DNA of 64,000 nucleotides from Geosiphon pyriformis uo1 (taxonomy: Eukaryota > Fungi > Glomeromycota), in NCBI GenBank assembly GCA_016748015.1, contig JAAOMT010000129.1:1193650-1257649 (forward strand), read 5' to 3'. The position numbers were made by a program, and so were the translations under genes. Below the pieces are notes generated by a model. That model was not told the DNA's origin and did no database searches. It saw nothing but the letters and a program-made list of their open reading frames with translations. The first letter of the stretch is position 1; every line of letters starts with the position of its first letter. Of the stretch, positions 63,173 to 64,000 are shown piece by piece.

Positions 63173-64000
63173 TCGTGGCAATGCTTTCATGAGATTACAT
63201 TTACAGCTGAGAAATGATATAAAAAACCGATTGGAGACTCAAACAGTGATGGATGAGTACAAACATTGTTGAAGTGTCTCGGTGAGATGTCTTAATTTCT
63301 TATTTTTGGCATCTATAAGACTTCTCGATATTTAAATAGCGTAGATATTATGCCTCAAAAAATTACCCATTTCGATGGAAAATTTTTTCGAAATCAACAT
63401 TCGGCATCTATATATGTATCTTTATTATTACATTTTTTAGTATCCTTTACTAAATGTCCCATAAAATTGAACAATCGAAAAATTGCACGATTAGTGCTGG
63501 CTCGAATATGTTTCTAACATATTAAGATGATAACCATGAATGATAATGGCATTTAAAAATATTCTTGGCATTCAATACTAGTTTGATGTGTCGATGTAAT
63601 ATAGGATAGAATCAATCAATAAAATAGCCGGAGCCATGAAATATCAAGATAGAATTAGTATTTACATTAAATTGATGGAGAAAAGTATCTTTGAAGAAAA
63701 AAATACTCCAAATCAATTGGATCGATTTGAGTTGAAAATAAATTTTTCATAACCAGAAATGTGGATTATTAAAAGCTGATATAATAATAATTTTTAATAA
63801 TTTAAGTAATTTATTACCAAATTTTATTTATAAGTCTTAATAAAAAATACACCAAATCACAAAATAAATTATCAAACCAGATAATTTTACAATTTTACAG
63901 TTAAAATATATTAGTTTAACAATTTTATAAAATTTTATAAAATTCAAGAATAATTGCAAATAAATTTGGTAATAATAATAATACTAAATTTTATTTTCAA

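Noticed and set aside
1-64000. tRNA or rRNA genes
   Set aside because: None recognised by eye; tRNAscan-SE or Infernal would be needed to exclude them.

Overview
AT-rich, intron-containing fungal nuclear DNA; gene families, short introns and transposon types suggest Mucoromycota/Glomeromycotina (inference). CpG-retaining gene islands (about 1-7.3, 9.4-15.3 and 60-63.6 kb) hold a divergent RAD1-family 9-1-1 clamp subunit, a VCX1/CAX Ca2+/H+ exchanger, ERG3, a BAF60/SMARCD SWI/SNF subunit and an AVT1-like amino-acid transporter. Between them is a roughly 42-kb CpG-depleted transposon nest: three full-length RNase H-bearing LINEs, several LINE relics, a complete Ty3/Gypsy element carrying a dUTPase, a solo LTR of the same family, and near-pure A/T deserts, at least one of which is a decayed LINE. 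Main observations that the ORF track does not show: (1) a frameshifted, intron-containing IS607-type TnpB/Fanzor2-like nuclease gene at about 11.4-12.7 kb (-). It keeps all three RuvC acidic residues, is followed by a GC-rich nested-hairpin segment where an omega-RNA scaffold would sit, and lies head-to-head with BAF60. (2) An intronless segment at 6.4-7.3 kb that reads through best if TGA=Trp, suggesting DNA from a Mollicutes-type endosymbiont. (3) Both Gypsy-family insertions hit ACGN sites inside LINEs. (4) The RAD1-like gene appears to need a GA-AG intron. All calls come from manual reading and translation; no database search was run.
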